Positions 20,159 through 30,721 are shown, counted from the first letter of the stretch. The stretch is 53,553 bases of DNA from Limisphaerales bacterium (GCA_044225505.1 JBGAIN010000037.1:1-53553); one strand, 5' to 3'. The notes: generated by a model not told the origin, from the letters alone. Made by a program: numbers and translations.

Positions 20159-21765
20159 CTCCCAAGACTTTTCAACTCACTCCGCTCGATATTGCCATCA
20201 TGGTGGCAGAGACGTTGTTCGTCGTGCTGATTGGTCTGCTGGCGGCGCGGCGGGCGGCACGTACCAAGGAGAGCTACTTTCTTGCTTCCGGAACCATGCC
20301 GTGGTGGTTAATCGGTTCTGCGTTCGTTTCAACCAGTGTTTCGAGCGAACAGATCGTGGGCACGGTGGGCGCGGTCTACAAAGGGGGGCTGGCGATCGCG
20401 AATTGGGAATGGTGGTGCTTGCCAACCTATGTTTTGCTGATCGTCTTTTTCATCCCGCTCTACTTGCGCAATCGGATCATGACCGTTCCGGAGCTTTTAA
20501 ATCGCCGATTCGGCCCCGGATGCGGCGCCATTTACAGTTGGGTGATGCTCTTCGGTTACGTTTTTATTTTCCTGCCGCCCGTGCTTTATGGAGGCAGTCT
20601 CACCTTGAGCGCTCTGACGGGGGCTCCACCTTGGACCGTCTTGGCGGCAATGTCGCTGTTGGTCGCGAGTTACACGTTGCTCGGTGGTTTAGGCTCGGTG
20701 ATGTGGACGGATGCGGTGCAGTGCCTGATGTTGGTTGGCGGCGGAATTGTTCTGTTCTTTGTTGCGTTGGCCAAGATTCCGGGCGGGTGGTCTGCCATGG
20801 TGGCAGCCTCGCCGGAACGATTTCACCTCTATGGCGGACCGGCTGACCCAGAAGCGCCGTTTCTCGGCCTGATCATCGCCTCGTTCGGAGTGTTCCTCTT
20901 TTACCAGGCGGCTAACCAAGTCATGATTCAACGCGTTCTATCCGCACGCACCACATGGGATGGGATGATGGGGGTGATCTTTGCCGGGTTTATCAACCTG
21001 GCACGTCCACTGGTGACCTGCTTGCTAGGTTTAATTGTCTATCATTGGTTGGACGTGATGCATCAAGGCCCCTCGCTGCTTCCCGATCAACAAGACCAAA
21101 CCTTTCCCTACGCCCTGGCCGAATTCGCGCCTTCCGGCATCCGCGGGATGATCCTGGCTGGGTTCATAGCCGCGGTGATGTCCACTGTAAGCGCCTTGGC
21201 AAATTCGGTGGCGACGATTTTTTCATTGGATGTTTATCGGCGTTTTTGGCGGCCAACAGCCAGCGATGAGGCCCTTATTTTGGTGGGGAGAGTGGCTGCC
21301 GGGACCGCCCTGGCGTTGGCCGTGTTCGTCTCTCCGTTGGTCGCTCGAGTAGGCCTGTTCAAGTATTTCCAGAGCGGCGTGACTTACATGGCCACCCCCT
21401 TTATTTCCGTGGTGCTGCTCGGTCTTTTTTGGCGGCGTGCGAATTATCCCGGAGCGCTCGCGGGACTGGTGGGAGGACTCGTCATCCAAATTGCTTTGGC
21501 GATTGCCGTTTGGGCCAACGGTTCTACCTTACACTGGCTTTATGTCGGAGCGATCGCTCAGGCCCTAACCTTCGTCCTCATCGTGGCCGTGTCTTGGGTC
21601 ACTCCTGCGCCTTTGCCCGAGCAAGTGAAGCCGCTCATTTGGAGTCCGAGTTGGCTGCGTGCTTACAATGAATCGGGGAAGCGTCGACCGTGGTGGCAGC
21701 AAGTCCGGTTTTGGTTCGGCGTTTATGGGTTTTGCTGGTGCTGCATCTACTGGCGGTTTTGGTAG
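20155..21765 (+). CDS. Sodium:solute symporter (SSS/SLC5, sugar type)
   Basis: YFLASGTMPWW, TVPELLNRRFG, GGLGSVMWTDAVQ, QVMIQRVLSA, AAVMST; many TM segments; ATGA overlap with the upstream gene. Confidence 0.93.
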   Translation: MTPKTFQLTPLDIAIMVAETLFVVLIGLLAARRAARTKESYFLASGTMPWWLIGSAFVSTSVSSEQIVGTVGAVYKGGLAIANWEWWCLPTYVLLIVFFIPLYLRNRIMTVPELLNRRFGPGCGAIYSWVMLFGYVFIFLPPVLYGGSLTLSALTGAPPWTVLAAMSLLVASYTLLGGLGSVMWTDAVQCLMLVGGGIVLFFVALAKIPGGWSAMVAASPERFHLYGGPADPEAPFLGLIIASFGVFLFYQAANQVMIQRVLSARTTWDGMMGVIFAGFINLARPLVTCLLGLIVYHWLDVMHQGPSLLPDQQDQTFPYALAEFAPSGIRGMILAGFIAAVMSTVSALANSVATIFSLDVYRRFWRPTASDEALILVGRVAAGTALALAVFVSPLVARVGLFKYFQSGVTYMATPFISVVLLGLFWRRANYPGALAGLVGGLVIQIALAIAVWANGSTLHWLYVGAIAQALTFVLIVAVSWVTPAPLPEQVKPLIWSPSWLRAYNESGKRRPWWQQVRFWFGVYGFCWCCIYWRFW

Positions 21766-22028
21766 AACCGTACGTCTAACCTTCTTGCTTGCTTAGAAAG
21801 CGAATTGGAACTAAGCAGGTCTTATGCGGCGGGGCGTTTCATGAAGCGAATCTGGTGGAACCGTAAGAATCGGCCGGTTCCGATTCCGCAGGATAGCTCT
21901 CCAGCAGCAGACTGGCGTCAATAGGACCCGCTTCGAGGATCGCCCCAACAGGGTCGTTGCCTGCACCGCCCCCGCGAAGTCGCCCTTGCGTAAAACAGCC
22001 TGCAAACCTTGATCCCCCAATACACCCA

Positions 22029-23405
22029 ATGAAAACATTCATGGCGGTCGGACTGTTCGTTCTCGTGAGCCCTTTCCTTTTGGCTCGAGGGGCGGCCGTG
22101 CCGGACGGAGCGGCGTTTCACGGCAAGAAAATCGTGGCCAAGACTTTCCATTCGGGGTTCGCCCTTGGCCACGATAGCTATAACGCCATGGGGACGGCCT
22201 CGGACGGCCGGATCTATTACGTGCTCAGCTCGGAAAGCCTTGATCAGGGGGCCAAGATGTTCGTCTTCGACCCTAAAACACAAGGAATTCGCGAATGCGG
22301 AGATCTCACCGCCGCTTGCGGCGAGAAAGGTCTCCGATGCATTCCTCAAGGCAAAAGCCACGTCAACTTCGTCGAAGCGCGGGGAAAACTCTATTTTGCC
22401 ACTCATGTCGGGGTTTACAGCATTGTGGAGGGCAAGGAGACCGTTGGCGTTCCGCCCGCCGGGTATAGCCGTTACCCGGGCGGACATATCCTCGCTTATG
22501 ATTTGAAGACCGAACAATTTGCTGACTTCGGGGCCGCGCCCGGACATGAAGGCATTCTCGCGTTTGCCCTGGACACACGCCGCGAGCGCGCCTTCGCGCT
22601 GACATGGCCAAGCGGGGTTTTTTACCGCGTGAATCTCCTCTCGAAGGATCAGAAGAGTTTCGGGAAACAGTGCGCGGAGGGAGAAGACGGGACCGGGGCG
22701 CGATATCGAACCGTCTGTCGTTCCATCGTCGTGGACTTGGACGATGGGTCGGCTTACTTTACGACTTCTGAAGGGGATATCCTACGCTACTCCGCCCCCA
22801 CAGACACGGTCACGAAAGTGGCGGGTGAGGATATGCGCAAAGACTACTTTGGTCTCTACGACCCGGCGTCCCCGGGCCACATGGGCTATAACTGGAGGCA
22901 AACTTTCTGGAGACCGCAGGACCGCCGGATCTACGGAGTTCATGGCAACAGCGGATACTTGTTCTGCTTTGATCCACAACGGCCTGGATTGGACGTGATC
23001 GAGCGATTGACCTCTGAGCCTTCGAAACGGTGCGGTATGTTCGACCAGTTCAGCTATGGGTATCTTGGCTTTGGTTTAGGCCCGGATAACACCACGATCC
23101 ACTATTTGACCGGCGGACCGATATTCGTTGACGGGAAACGCCTCGCGGGCAAGTCCTCAACCGCCATGGGAGAAGCCAAGGGCCTCGAGGATTTGCATCT
23201 CGTCACTTACAACCTGGACACCAACCAGTATTCGGATCATGGCGCTGTCTTTTACGAGAATAACCAGCGCCCGCTCTATGTGAACTCCCTGACGGTGGGT
23301 TTGGATGGCATGGTCTACACTCTGGCTCGGATTACGGAAAACGGCGTGACGCGATCGGACTTGGTTGCATTCCCTGGTCCTTTGAAGATCGCCCTGCGGA
23401 AATGA
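22029..23405 (+). CDS. Secreted hypothetical protein, probable beta-propeller
   Basis: Signal peptide; repeated DGRIYY, GKLYF, DGSAYF, RIYG, DGMVY beta-strand motifs. Confidence 0.65.
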   Translation: MKTFMAVGLFVLVSPFLLARGAAVPDGAAFHGKKIVAKTFHSGFALGHDSYNAMGTASDGRIYYVLSSESLDQGAKMFVFDPKTQGIRECGDLTAACGEKGLRCIPQGKSHVNFVEARGKLYFATHVGVYSIVEGKETVGVPPAGYSRYPGGHILAYDLKTEQFADFGAAPGHEGILAFALDTRRERAFALTWPSGVFYRVNLLSKDQKSFGKQCAEGEDGTGARYRTVCRSIVVDLDDGSAYFTTSEGDILRYSAPTDTVTKVAGEDMRKDYFGLYDPASPGHMGYNWRQTFWRPQDRRIYGVHGNSGYLFCFDPQRPGLDVIERLTSEPSKRCGMFDQFSYGYLGFGLGPDNTTIHYLTGGPIFVDGKRLAGKSSTAMGEAKGLEDLHLVTYNLDTNQYSDHGAVFYENNQRPLYVNSLTVGLDGMVYTLARITENGVTRSDLVAFPGPLKIALRK

Positions 23406-23509
23406 GCGAGCACCGCCGCATCTAGGGAAGTGCCGCCAGCCTGCCAAGGGAGTCTTTGGCTCACTGTGCCCCGATTGTCTCTGGTCTCAACCCCTGCCAT
23501 ACTGTCGGT

Positions 23510-24364
23510 ATGTGGTGGTTCGCCGACGAGAGACACAGCGCCGACGTGGTCCATGTCCTGACACGGATCAATCGCGGTCGGAGGATTTGTGTTTCGGGCA
23601 TCGCGCGTGCCGGTGACTATTGGGATGCGCTGAAGCGTGTAGCGGCCATCAACGGTAACTCAGACGATCCCGAGAACAGGTGCGGTGCCGAAAATCCATT
23701 CGCCCGATGCCTTCGTACGCTTGCTGTCGACGCCGGGTCCAGACTGCTCGCCAATGAGTCGGTCAAGGCACTGCAGCAATTCGCACCCGCGATTCGAGAT
23801 CCGGGCGACCCCAGGACGGCAGCCACTGCCAAATCCGAGGGCACTTCCTCGAATCACCGTGACGCCCAGAGAACAGAGCTTTCTCGTCTTGCCGATGCCA
23901 TGAATTCCGCATGGTTTATCTTCCGCAACTCAAAAAGCCCGCGGGCCTCAAGCGGTCCTTCAAATGCCGCTCTCAATGAGGAGGCTTTGAGTGTTTTCCT
24001 GGCTGCGCAAGAAACGCTGCTGGACGAATTGCTCGATCGGCCCAGCCAGCGGTTGGTCGCCTACGGTTCCATTCGACCGCGCGAATCCAACGCCTGGGTT
24101 CTCGATTTTCCCAGGCAAGAATGGTTGGACTGCACAATTCACGGAAGTATTACAGAACGGAAAGGGTACCGTTATTACCAGTGGATCCCTGGCGGATCGA
24201 GTTACGCAGCCCAATGCCTCATCTCTGAAGAGTTGCCCAAGCATTGGGCACGCATCGATGCGTTCGAAGGGCCGGAATACTGGCGCGCCTTGATTCCCAC
24301 CAGGACGAGTCGCGGTTTGACCATGGCCAACGTCTATTGCGATGCGTCTCTAAGCGGTGCGTGA
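23510..24364 (+). CDS. Unknown helical N-domain fused to a gamma-glutamylcyclotransferase (AIG2-like) domain
   Basis: LVAYGSIRP and IDAFEGPEYWR motifs in the last ~110 aa; start uncertain (TTG 23456 or ATG 23510). Confidence 0.65.
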   Translation: MWWFADERHSADVVHVLTRINRGRRICVSGIARAGDYWDALKRVAAINGNSDDPENRCGAENPFARCLRTLAVDAGSRLLANESVKALQQFAPAIRDPGDPRTAATAKSEGTSSNHRDAQRTELSRLADAMNSAWFIFRNSKSPRASSGPSNAALNEEALSVFLAAQETLLDELLDRPSQRLVAYGSIRPRESNAWVLDFPRQEWLDCTIHGSITERKGYRYYQWIPGGSSYAAQCLISEELPKHWARIDAFEGPEYWRALIPTRTSRGLTMANVYCDASLSGA

Positions 24365-24496
24365 TTATCAGCGTCATACCATTCTCCGACGTATCGACGG
24401 AATCGGCGGCCCGTGACGTTCGCTTCGGAACCATGTCCAAAGCTGTAACAATCGATAGCGCAGGAACGGCAAAAACCGGAATCGAACGGGCGAATC

Positions 24497-25786
24497 ATGC
24501 CACAATTTACTTACGCAGCGGTTGACCCCAGCGGCAAGACGTTCCGCGGAGAGTTAGTTGAAGCAGACCAATGGCGTGCCTTGGAACGGATCAAGGCAAT
24601 GGGTTTATACCCGACTCAAGTCAGAGTGCAACGAGGGCCATCAGCCAAAGTCGACCATCGGACCGTTCCGAAAGCTGAACAACATGGGCACGCTTTGCCT
24701 TGGTGGCGGCGACGGAGCATTAGTCGGCGCGCCCTGGCGGATTTTACGCGTGAGTTGGCGACCTTGGTTGAGTCTGGCATCCCGCTTGTTCGGGGATTGC
24801 AGGCGATAACACGCCAAGAGAAGAACCTGGCTTTGGTTGGTGTTCTGCGGCAGATGATTGGCGATATCGAAGGTGGGTTGCAGTTTTCGGAAGCGTTAAG
24901 TAAACAGCCGCGAATCTTCAATCCGCTTTACATCAACTTGTGTGTCGCTGGCGAACAGGGTGGCGCACTAGATGCGGCCTTAAACCGATTGGCTGATCTG
25001 TTAGAGCGGACCGAACAACTTAAAGCCAAGGTGACAGCCGCCATGTTCTATCCGGCCGCAGTGCTTCTGGTTGCGGCGGGTATCATCGTCTTGCTGATGG
25101 TCGCGATTGTCCCACAATTCCAGCAAGTATTCACCGATATGAGCGGAGGCCAGTCGTTGCCTGAATTCACACTATTCGTGCTCGGGATCAGTCAAGCCCT
25201 TCGGACTCACGGCGTCCTGCTCGCCGCGGCGGTGCTTCTATTGCCAGTTTTCTATTCGTGGGCCGTCCGTTTCCAAAGCGTGCGCCGGTGGATTGACCAA
25301 TTCAAATTGACGGTCCCAATTTTTGGTAAGCTCTATCATCTAGTTGCTCTGACTCGATTCTGTCGCACGCTGGGAACTCTCCTCCAGAACGGTGTTCCGG
25401 TCCTGCAATGTCTGACCATTGTCCGGGAGTCGGCTGGCAACTGCATCGTGGCGCAGGCAATTGACAGGATTCATGCTGCTATCCAGGAAGGAGAGGCTTT
25501 TACGCCCATAATGGATGGGATTCCCCTTTTTCCCGCAACTTTGGTCAGTATGGTGGATGTTGGCGAACAAACGGGAACCTTGCCCAGTATGCTTGGCAAG
25601 GCTGCCGAGAAATATGATGCCCGTGTGGATCACGCGGTGACTGGGCTCACGGCATTGATCGAACCGATCATGATTATCATTTTGGCCGTCATTGTGGGGA
25701 GTATTGTCATCGCCATGTTCCTTCCGCTGATTCGACTCATGCAGACCGGTTTTGATGATCACGGTGGGGTCGATCCGTCCGCTTGA
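24497..25786 (+). CDS. pilC: Type II secretion system F / PilC platform protein
   Basis: FTRELATLVESGIPL, GEQGGAL, AAMFYP, TLLQNGVP, VGEQTGTL, EPIMI..AMFLPL. Confidence 0.9.
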   Translation: MPQFTYAAVDPSGKTFRGELVEADQWRALERIKAMGLYPTQVRVQRGPSAKVDHRTVPKAEQHGHALPWWRRRSISRRALADFTRELATLVESGIPLVRGLQAITRQEKNLALVGVLRQMIGDIEGGLQFSEALSKQPRIFNPLYINLCVAGEQGGALDAALNRLADLLERTEQLKAKVTAAMFYPAAVLLVAAGIIVLLMVAIVPQFQQVFTDMSGGQSLPEFTLFVLGISQALRTHGVLLAAAVLLLPVFYSWAVRFQSVRRWIDQFKLTVPIFGKLYHLVALTRFCRTLGTLLQNGVPVLQCLTIVRESAGNCIVAQAIDRIHAAIQEGEAFTPIMDGIPLFPATLVSMVDVGEQTGTLPSMLGKAAEKYDARVDHAVTGLTALIEPIMIIILAVIVGSIVIAMFLPLIRLMQTGFDDHGGVDPSA

Positions 25787-26073
25787 TCGGCCGGAGGAGG
25801 TCGTTGCATGCTCTGGGCAACTCGGGTCCTTAGGGGCCTGTTGACTCAGGGAAAAAAGACACCGAGATTCTTTCCGTAAGCGGGTTGAAATCAACTCATG
25901 CTCCGGTGTCTGTTAATCTGAGTTTACGGGGGAAGAACAATACCGTTGACGGGAACTTTTTAAGCCTGCACCGTTCCGCCAGTGTTCCGGGTTCCGTTTG
26001 GACAATGGAGACAATGAAATATTCCATATTGAAAATCACTCAGTGCTTTAATGTTGGAAACTCGTTCCATCGA

Positions 26074-27024
26074 ATGACGCCGTTTACTCTAAGACCATCA
26101 CTCTCCGCAATTTGGCTAATCGCCATCGCTTCTTTCTCCTTCGTCTGCGGGTTGGCTCAAGCCGAATCGATCGCGCTGCCCAATGGATCGTTTGAATCAC
26201 CGGAGACGCCCTTCGCCGATCCGCGCCTGGATAACTGGGAGAAATCGCCTCAGCCCGTTTGGTATCAAGGTGGACAAGACTTTCCTTGGGAACAGTTGGT
26301 GGGCCAATTCCTGAATACCGCGCCGGGAACTTCCAATTACATCGACAATGTCGAAGGCAAACAGGCCGCCTTTCTATTCGCACTGCCCGAAGTGGCCATC
26401 TCCCAGGATTACAATACGCTATCCGGAACCAACACGGTTCCCGGGCACGAGTTCAATGTGCTCTTTGAGCCGGGTAAATCGTACGCCCTGACCGTGGCAG
26501 TGCTGGGCGGCGGCGGCGGCATGACCAATGGTGCGACGCTCGAACTGAGCCTCTATTACCGGGATGCTGCGAGCAACCGCGTGACGGTCGCGGCCACGAC
26601 CATCACCCATAGCACCGCTCTGTTCCCCACCAATTCGCATCTGATCGATTTCCAAGCTCGAACCGCGGTGGTCCAGGCGAGTGACGCGTGGGCGGGAAAG
26701 AACATCGGCGTTCGGCTCGCGTCCACGGGCGGATTTGAACTGCAAGGCGGTTACTGGGATGTCGATAACGTGCGCTTGCAGGTGAATGTCTCGAACGAGC
26801 CGACCTCGCAACTCGCCTCCGCGATTAGCAACGGCCAGTTCCAGCTGGAACTCCAAAGTGCCCCGGGCCGATTTGAAGTGCTGGCCAGCCCGACCATCAC
26901 GGCGCCGCTCGCTACCTGGACGAGTCTCGGGATCCTGACGAATGTCACGGGCCAGGCCGCTTTCACCGACACCAATTCAATCGCCGGAACGCGGTATTAC
27001 ACCGTGCGCCCAGCGACGCCTTGA
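26074..27024 (+). CDS. Secreted beta-sandwich protein with C-terminal FYR-type domain
   Basis: Signal peptide ending AQA; PNGSFESP...VDNVRL jelly-roll-like domain; ends FTDTN..TRYYTVRP; start uncertain. Confidence 0.7.
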   Translation: MTPFTLRPSLSAIWLIAIASFSFVCGLAQAESIALPNGSFESPETPFADPRLDNWEKSPQPVWYQGGQDFPWEQLVGQFLNTAPGTSNYIDNVEGKQAAFLFALPEVAISQDYNTLSGTNTVPGHEFNVLFEPGKSYALTVAVLGGGGGMTNGATLELSLYYRDAASNRVTVAATTITHSTALFPTNSHLIDFQARTAVVQASDAWAGKNIGVRLASTGGFELQGGYWDVDNVRLQVNVSNEPTSQLASAISNGQFQLELQSAPGRFEVLASPTITAPLATWTSLGILTNVTGQAAFTDTNSIAGTRYYTVRPATP

Positions 27025-27058
27025 TCCCACGGGTCCGCGGCGGGGAGTCGACCGATCT

Positions 27059-28549
27059 ATGCACGCTCTTCTCGCAAGACAGCCGCGCGCTGCCGCTGTT
27101 TTCTTTGCGGTGTGTCTTTGGGCCAGCTCGTTCCCATCCGCTGCCACGGTCCGCGTCCGCCCTTCGGATAAATGCACGACCGTCATCGTCGGCAAGAATG
27201 CCACGTTTGACGGCTCTGTCCTCCTCGCGCACAACGAGGATTGGGGCGAGTATCCCGTGGCGCTTCGCTGGACGCCTCGTGCGACCCACGCTGTTGGGGA
27301 CGTGATCCGATTGCACGGCGGTCAGACCGTTCCCCAGGTCGCGGAGACATTCGCCTTCCTTTCGCCCGCTGCCACCTGCAACGGGATTAACGAGTTCCAA
27401 GTCATGATCACCGACAATACCGGGTCTTGCCGGAAGGAGATCGTGTGCAGCCCCACCGGAATTGATATGGACGAACTCGTGGCCATCACGCTCCAACAAT
27501 CCCGAACCTCCCGCCAAGCCATTGAGACGATGGGACGCCTGATCGACCGCTGCGGCTACAAGTCCATCGACGGACCGGACGGCGATATCTTCAGCGTCGC
27601 TGATCCCAAGGAAGGTTGGTGGATGGAAGTGACTTCGAGCGGGCAATGGGTCGCCCAGCGTGTTCCAGACGACGCTTTCGTCATCATCGCCAACCAGTTC
27701 CGCATCAGCACGGTCGATCTCAAGGATTCCTCGAGATTCCTCGCTTGCTCGAACCTCGTCGATTACGCGATCGGCCAGGGCTGGTACAAACCGTCCGACG
27801 GACCGTTCCAATTCAGCCGCGCTTACAGCTTGCCCGGCCACGCCAGTGCCCGGCGCCAATGGCGCGGCAATACCCGCCTCGGCGGTAAGTCCCTCGATCC
27901 GGAGGACCAGCCGCTTGCCGTCGTTCCCGCCCGAAAATTGCAACCCCAGGATCTGATCGCTTTTCTCCGGGATCATTTCGAAGGGACGGAGTTTGATCTG
28001 ACCAAAGGTTATAAAACGGGCTCCCCGCATCACACCGCCGAACGCGGTATCTGCCGCATGTCGACCGACGCCAGCACCGTGGCGCACCTCCGCAGCTGGC
28101 TGCCGCCCGAGATCGGCGGTTTGCTCTGGTTCTCCGTGGGCACCCCATGCTCGAGCGTCTACGTCCCGCTCTACCTGGGGGTGACAGACTTTCCTAAACC
28201 TTACGCCTCAATCCCGCCTAAGTTCGATCGCGAGAACGCGTTTTGGACCTTCAATAGTCTGGAGAACCTTGTCGACCAATACTATGCCGACCAGGGCACG
28301 GTGGTGGGTGCTTCGGCGAAAAAGGACGCGGCCCGTAGCATCGATTTCGTCGCCGCGTTTTGGCAGAAGGTTGAAACCGAAGCGTTTGCCATGCAACCGG
28401 CCGTTGAGAAGACAGCCCTGGAACTAATGGCCAGCGACAAAGCGTTGGCCCGCTCCTTCCTCACTAAATACTACCAGATGCTCGCGTTGCGGAGTTTCCA
28501 GGAAGCCCAGGAATTGACCGATCACCTGCGAACCCTCCACGATCGGTAA
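27059..28549 (+). CDS. Peptidase C69 family dipeptidase (Ntn hydrolase)
   Basis: CTTVIVGKNATFDGSVLLAHNED, GINEFQV, WVAQRVPDD, RDHFEGT, SVYVPLY. Confidence 0.9.
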   Translation: MHALLARQPRAAAVFFAVCLWASSFPSAATVRVRPSDKCTTVIVGKNATFDGSVLLAHNEDWGEYPVALRWTPRATHAVGDVIRLHGGQTVPQVAETFAFLSPAATCNGINEFQVMITDNTGSCRKEIVCSPTGIDMDELVAITLQQSRTSRQAIETMGRLIDRCGYKSIDGPDGDIFSVADPKEGWWMEVTSSGQWVAQRVPDDAFVIIANQFRISTVDLKDSSRFLACSNLVDYAIGQGWYKPSDGPFQFSRAYSLPGHASARRQWRGNTRLGGKSLDPEDQPLAVVPARKLQPQDLIAFLRDHFEGTEFDLTKGYKTGSPHHTAERGICRMSTDASTVAHLRSWLPPEIGGLLWFSVGTPCSSVYVPLYLGVTDFPKPYASIPPKFDRENAFWTFNSLENLVDQYYADQGTVVGASAKKDAARSIDFVAAFWQKVETEAFAMQPAVEKTALELMASDKALARSFLTKYYQMLALRSFQEAQELTDHLRTLHDR

Positions 28550-28587
28550 ACCGCTGCCTCCGAAGTTCTAGCGCAACGGTCGTCCGC

Positions 28588-29112
28588 TTACCGGGAGAAC
28601 ACCGGGACCGCGGCCTTGGCTTCCTCTTCCGCATTCGCCCGAAGATAACCGGCCAATTTGCGCCGATTCTCGAACGAAAGCGTGTAAAAGAGCCAGGTCT
28701 TCTCCAGCAAATGCTCTCTCGCCATCGGCTGCGGATTCCAAGGGAGCGCCAGCAGGAGATGTTCAAGCCGACAACGGACCGGAGCGTCGACGATCAGTCC
28801 CCGGTGGCCCAGCTGCTGCAGAATCGTCCGGCCTGAGATCGGAAATGCCCGCACCGTTAACGGACAGGTCACGGTGGCCCGCCGGAGGGAAGCGGTGTAA
28901 TGACGCCTCAGGAAGTGGTGCACCCCCTCAGGACTGGCAAAGACCACCTCGTGAAACCCCAGAATCAGTCCGGCGAACGGGACAAAGGGCGTCCCGTCCA
29001 GCGCCGCTAACACGCGCGAACTGTAATCCCTGGCGTCTTCAGCCCGGACCGCGACTCCAGGCATATAGCCGACCACGAGGTTGAGAGGAAGGCTTGTTTT
29101 AGGGGTTTTCAT
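28588..29112 (-). CDS. Hypothetical protein
   Basis: 174-aa ORF with AGGA just upstream; no recognised motif. Confidence 0.5.
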   Translation of the reverse strand: MKTPKTSLPLNLVVGYMPGVAVRAEDARDYSSRVLAALDGTPFVPFAGLILGFHEVVFASPEGVHHFLRRHYTASLRRATVTCPLTVRAFPISGRTILQQLGHRGLIVDAPVRCRLEHLLLALPWNPQPMAREHLLEKTWLFYTLSFENRRKLAGYLRANAEEEAKAAVPVFSR

Positions 29113-29332
29113 GTCCTGTTATGAGACAAAATCGCCATAGAAGAGGACAAAAGTAAAGCGATTTCTCGCTCCACCGCAGGTTGTCAGGCTGAGCGATTGG
29201 GGCGCGGCTGTATGCGCAGCATCCGCCGCAGTTCATCAGTCCGCCGCTCTGCCGCCTCCCTTGCCTGACGCATCTGCGTTGACCTGGCAACGCAAACTCG
29301 TTTAACAACGCTTTGGCGTGGTCCTTGTCCAA

Positions 29333-29348
29333 ACGTCGAATTCGACGT
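29333..29348. promoter_or_regulatory. Perfect 16-bp palindrome, likely repressor operator
   Basis: ACGTCGAATTCGACGT, about 100 bp upstream of the ATG at 29448. Confidence 0.55.
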
Positions 29349-29447
29349 AAACGACTGGCATCAATGGCTTAATGAGTCTAAGCTCCCGCTTGGCACTCTT
29401 CGTGATCACTCTCTCGAAGCAGGCGAAACTCAACTCCGTCAATTCCT

Positions 29448-30050
29448 ATGGCTGCCAAGTTCCTCGAACTCGTGACGACCGACGCGGTCCGCAACGCCCA
29501 GCAGCGTTATTACGGACGCTCCGCCAAGCCTCGCGCCCATACCGAACGCGATCCCCTAACCGTGGAAGAGATCGACTTCATCCAGTCCCGCGACAGCTTT
29601 TACATGGCGACCGTGACGGAGTCTGGCTGGCCTTACGTGCAACATCGCGGAGGTTCTCCCGGATTCCTGCGAGTGCTCAGCCCGACCGAGCTGGGCTTTG
29701 CGGATTACCAGGGAAATCGCCAGATGCTCTCCACAGGCAACCTCGCCGCCAACGATCGGGTGACGCTGTTCCTCATGGACTATCCGCAGCGCACGCGTTT
29801 GAAGATTCTGGGCCACGCCCGCGTCATCGACGCCCGGGAACGCCCTGATCTCGTAACGACGCTGGCAGAGCCGGGGATCCGGAACGTGGTCGAACGTTTG
29901 TTCTCCATCGACGTCGTTTCGTTCGACTGGAATTGTCCGAAATACATCACCCCGCGCTATACAATCCCGGAAATCGAAGCGATGGTGGCGCCGTTGCGGC
30001 GGCGGATCGCCGAACTTGAAACCCAATTGGAAAGCAAGAAAGCAACGTAA
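29448..30050 (+). CDS. Pyridoxamine 5'-phosphate oxidase-related FMN-binding protein
   Basis: FYMATV..GWPYVQHRGG.PGFL, DYQGNRQ, RLKILG, FDWNCPKYITPRY. Confidence 0.9.
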   Translation: MAAKFLELVTTDAVRNAQQRYYGRSAKPRAHTERDPLTVEEIDFIQSRDSFYMATVTESGWPYVQHRGGSPGFLRVLSPTELGFADYQGNRQMLSTGNLAANDRVTLFLMDYPQRTRLKILGHARVIDARERPDLVTTLAEPGIRNVVERLFSIDVVSFDWNCPKYITPRYTIPEIEAMVAPLRRRIAELETQLESKKAT

Positions 30051-30121
30051 CCGCTGCACCAGCCGACACCAGCAATGTCCCAGCCTGTCGCGACCGACAG
30101 ATTCCCAAGCACTAACGAACT

Positions 30122-30577
30122 ATGAATCCACTCGATAAAGTCAAACTCCTGGCCAAAGATCTTACCAAAGAATTCCCGCGCAGCCCCCGCGAAATGCTCG
30201 GCGGGTGCGTCATCGCCGCGCGCGCGGTCGATAAATGCCGCGCCGTCCTGGCCGGGACTGCTGGCGAATACCATTCGGGCTGTCCGGTCGACGCCATCTT
30301 CCTCGATTTCGCCGGGATTCCCTACGAGAAGTTCAAAGAGTTTGTCGCCACCGGAGCGACGGATGCCGAAATTGCCGCTTGGATTCAGAAGACCATGAAG
30401 CCCAAATCGCGGGTCGAGATTATTCGTTGGAACAATGATCTTCGCGGCAAACGGATGAGCGAACTGCCCGATAACATCCAGGAATACATGGAAGATTACA
30501 TTCCCAAGTTCGTGCCGCGGAATCGCCCGGTTTACGTCTTCTTCGACGTTTACGACCTGGAAGAACAGCGCATCTGA
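30122..30577 (+). CDS. DUF5069 family protein
   Basis: DLTKEFPRSPRE.LGG, DKCRA, GEYHSGCPVD, DLEE. Confidence 0.85.
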   Translation: MNPLDKVKLLAKDLTKEFPRSPREMLGGCVIAARAVDKCRAVLAGTAGEYHSGCPVDAIFLDFAGIPYEKFKEFVATGATDAEIAAWIQKTMKPKSRVEIIRWNNDLRGKRMSELPDNIQEYMEDYIPKFVPRNRPVYVFFDVYDLEEQRI

Positions 30578-30721
30578 TCGCCGCGATGACGGACCGCGGC
30601 TGTGTCGTCAGACCAGCCGCCGTCGCTAACCCATAGGATTGGTTTTTGTCCGGAAAGATCAGAAACAAAGCAGCTCGGCAGTTCAACGCCGCGGGGCTCT
30701 TTCCCCGTTCCGCCCCCCCCA

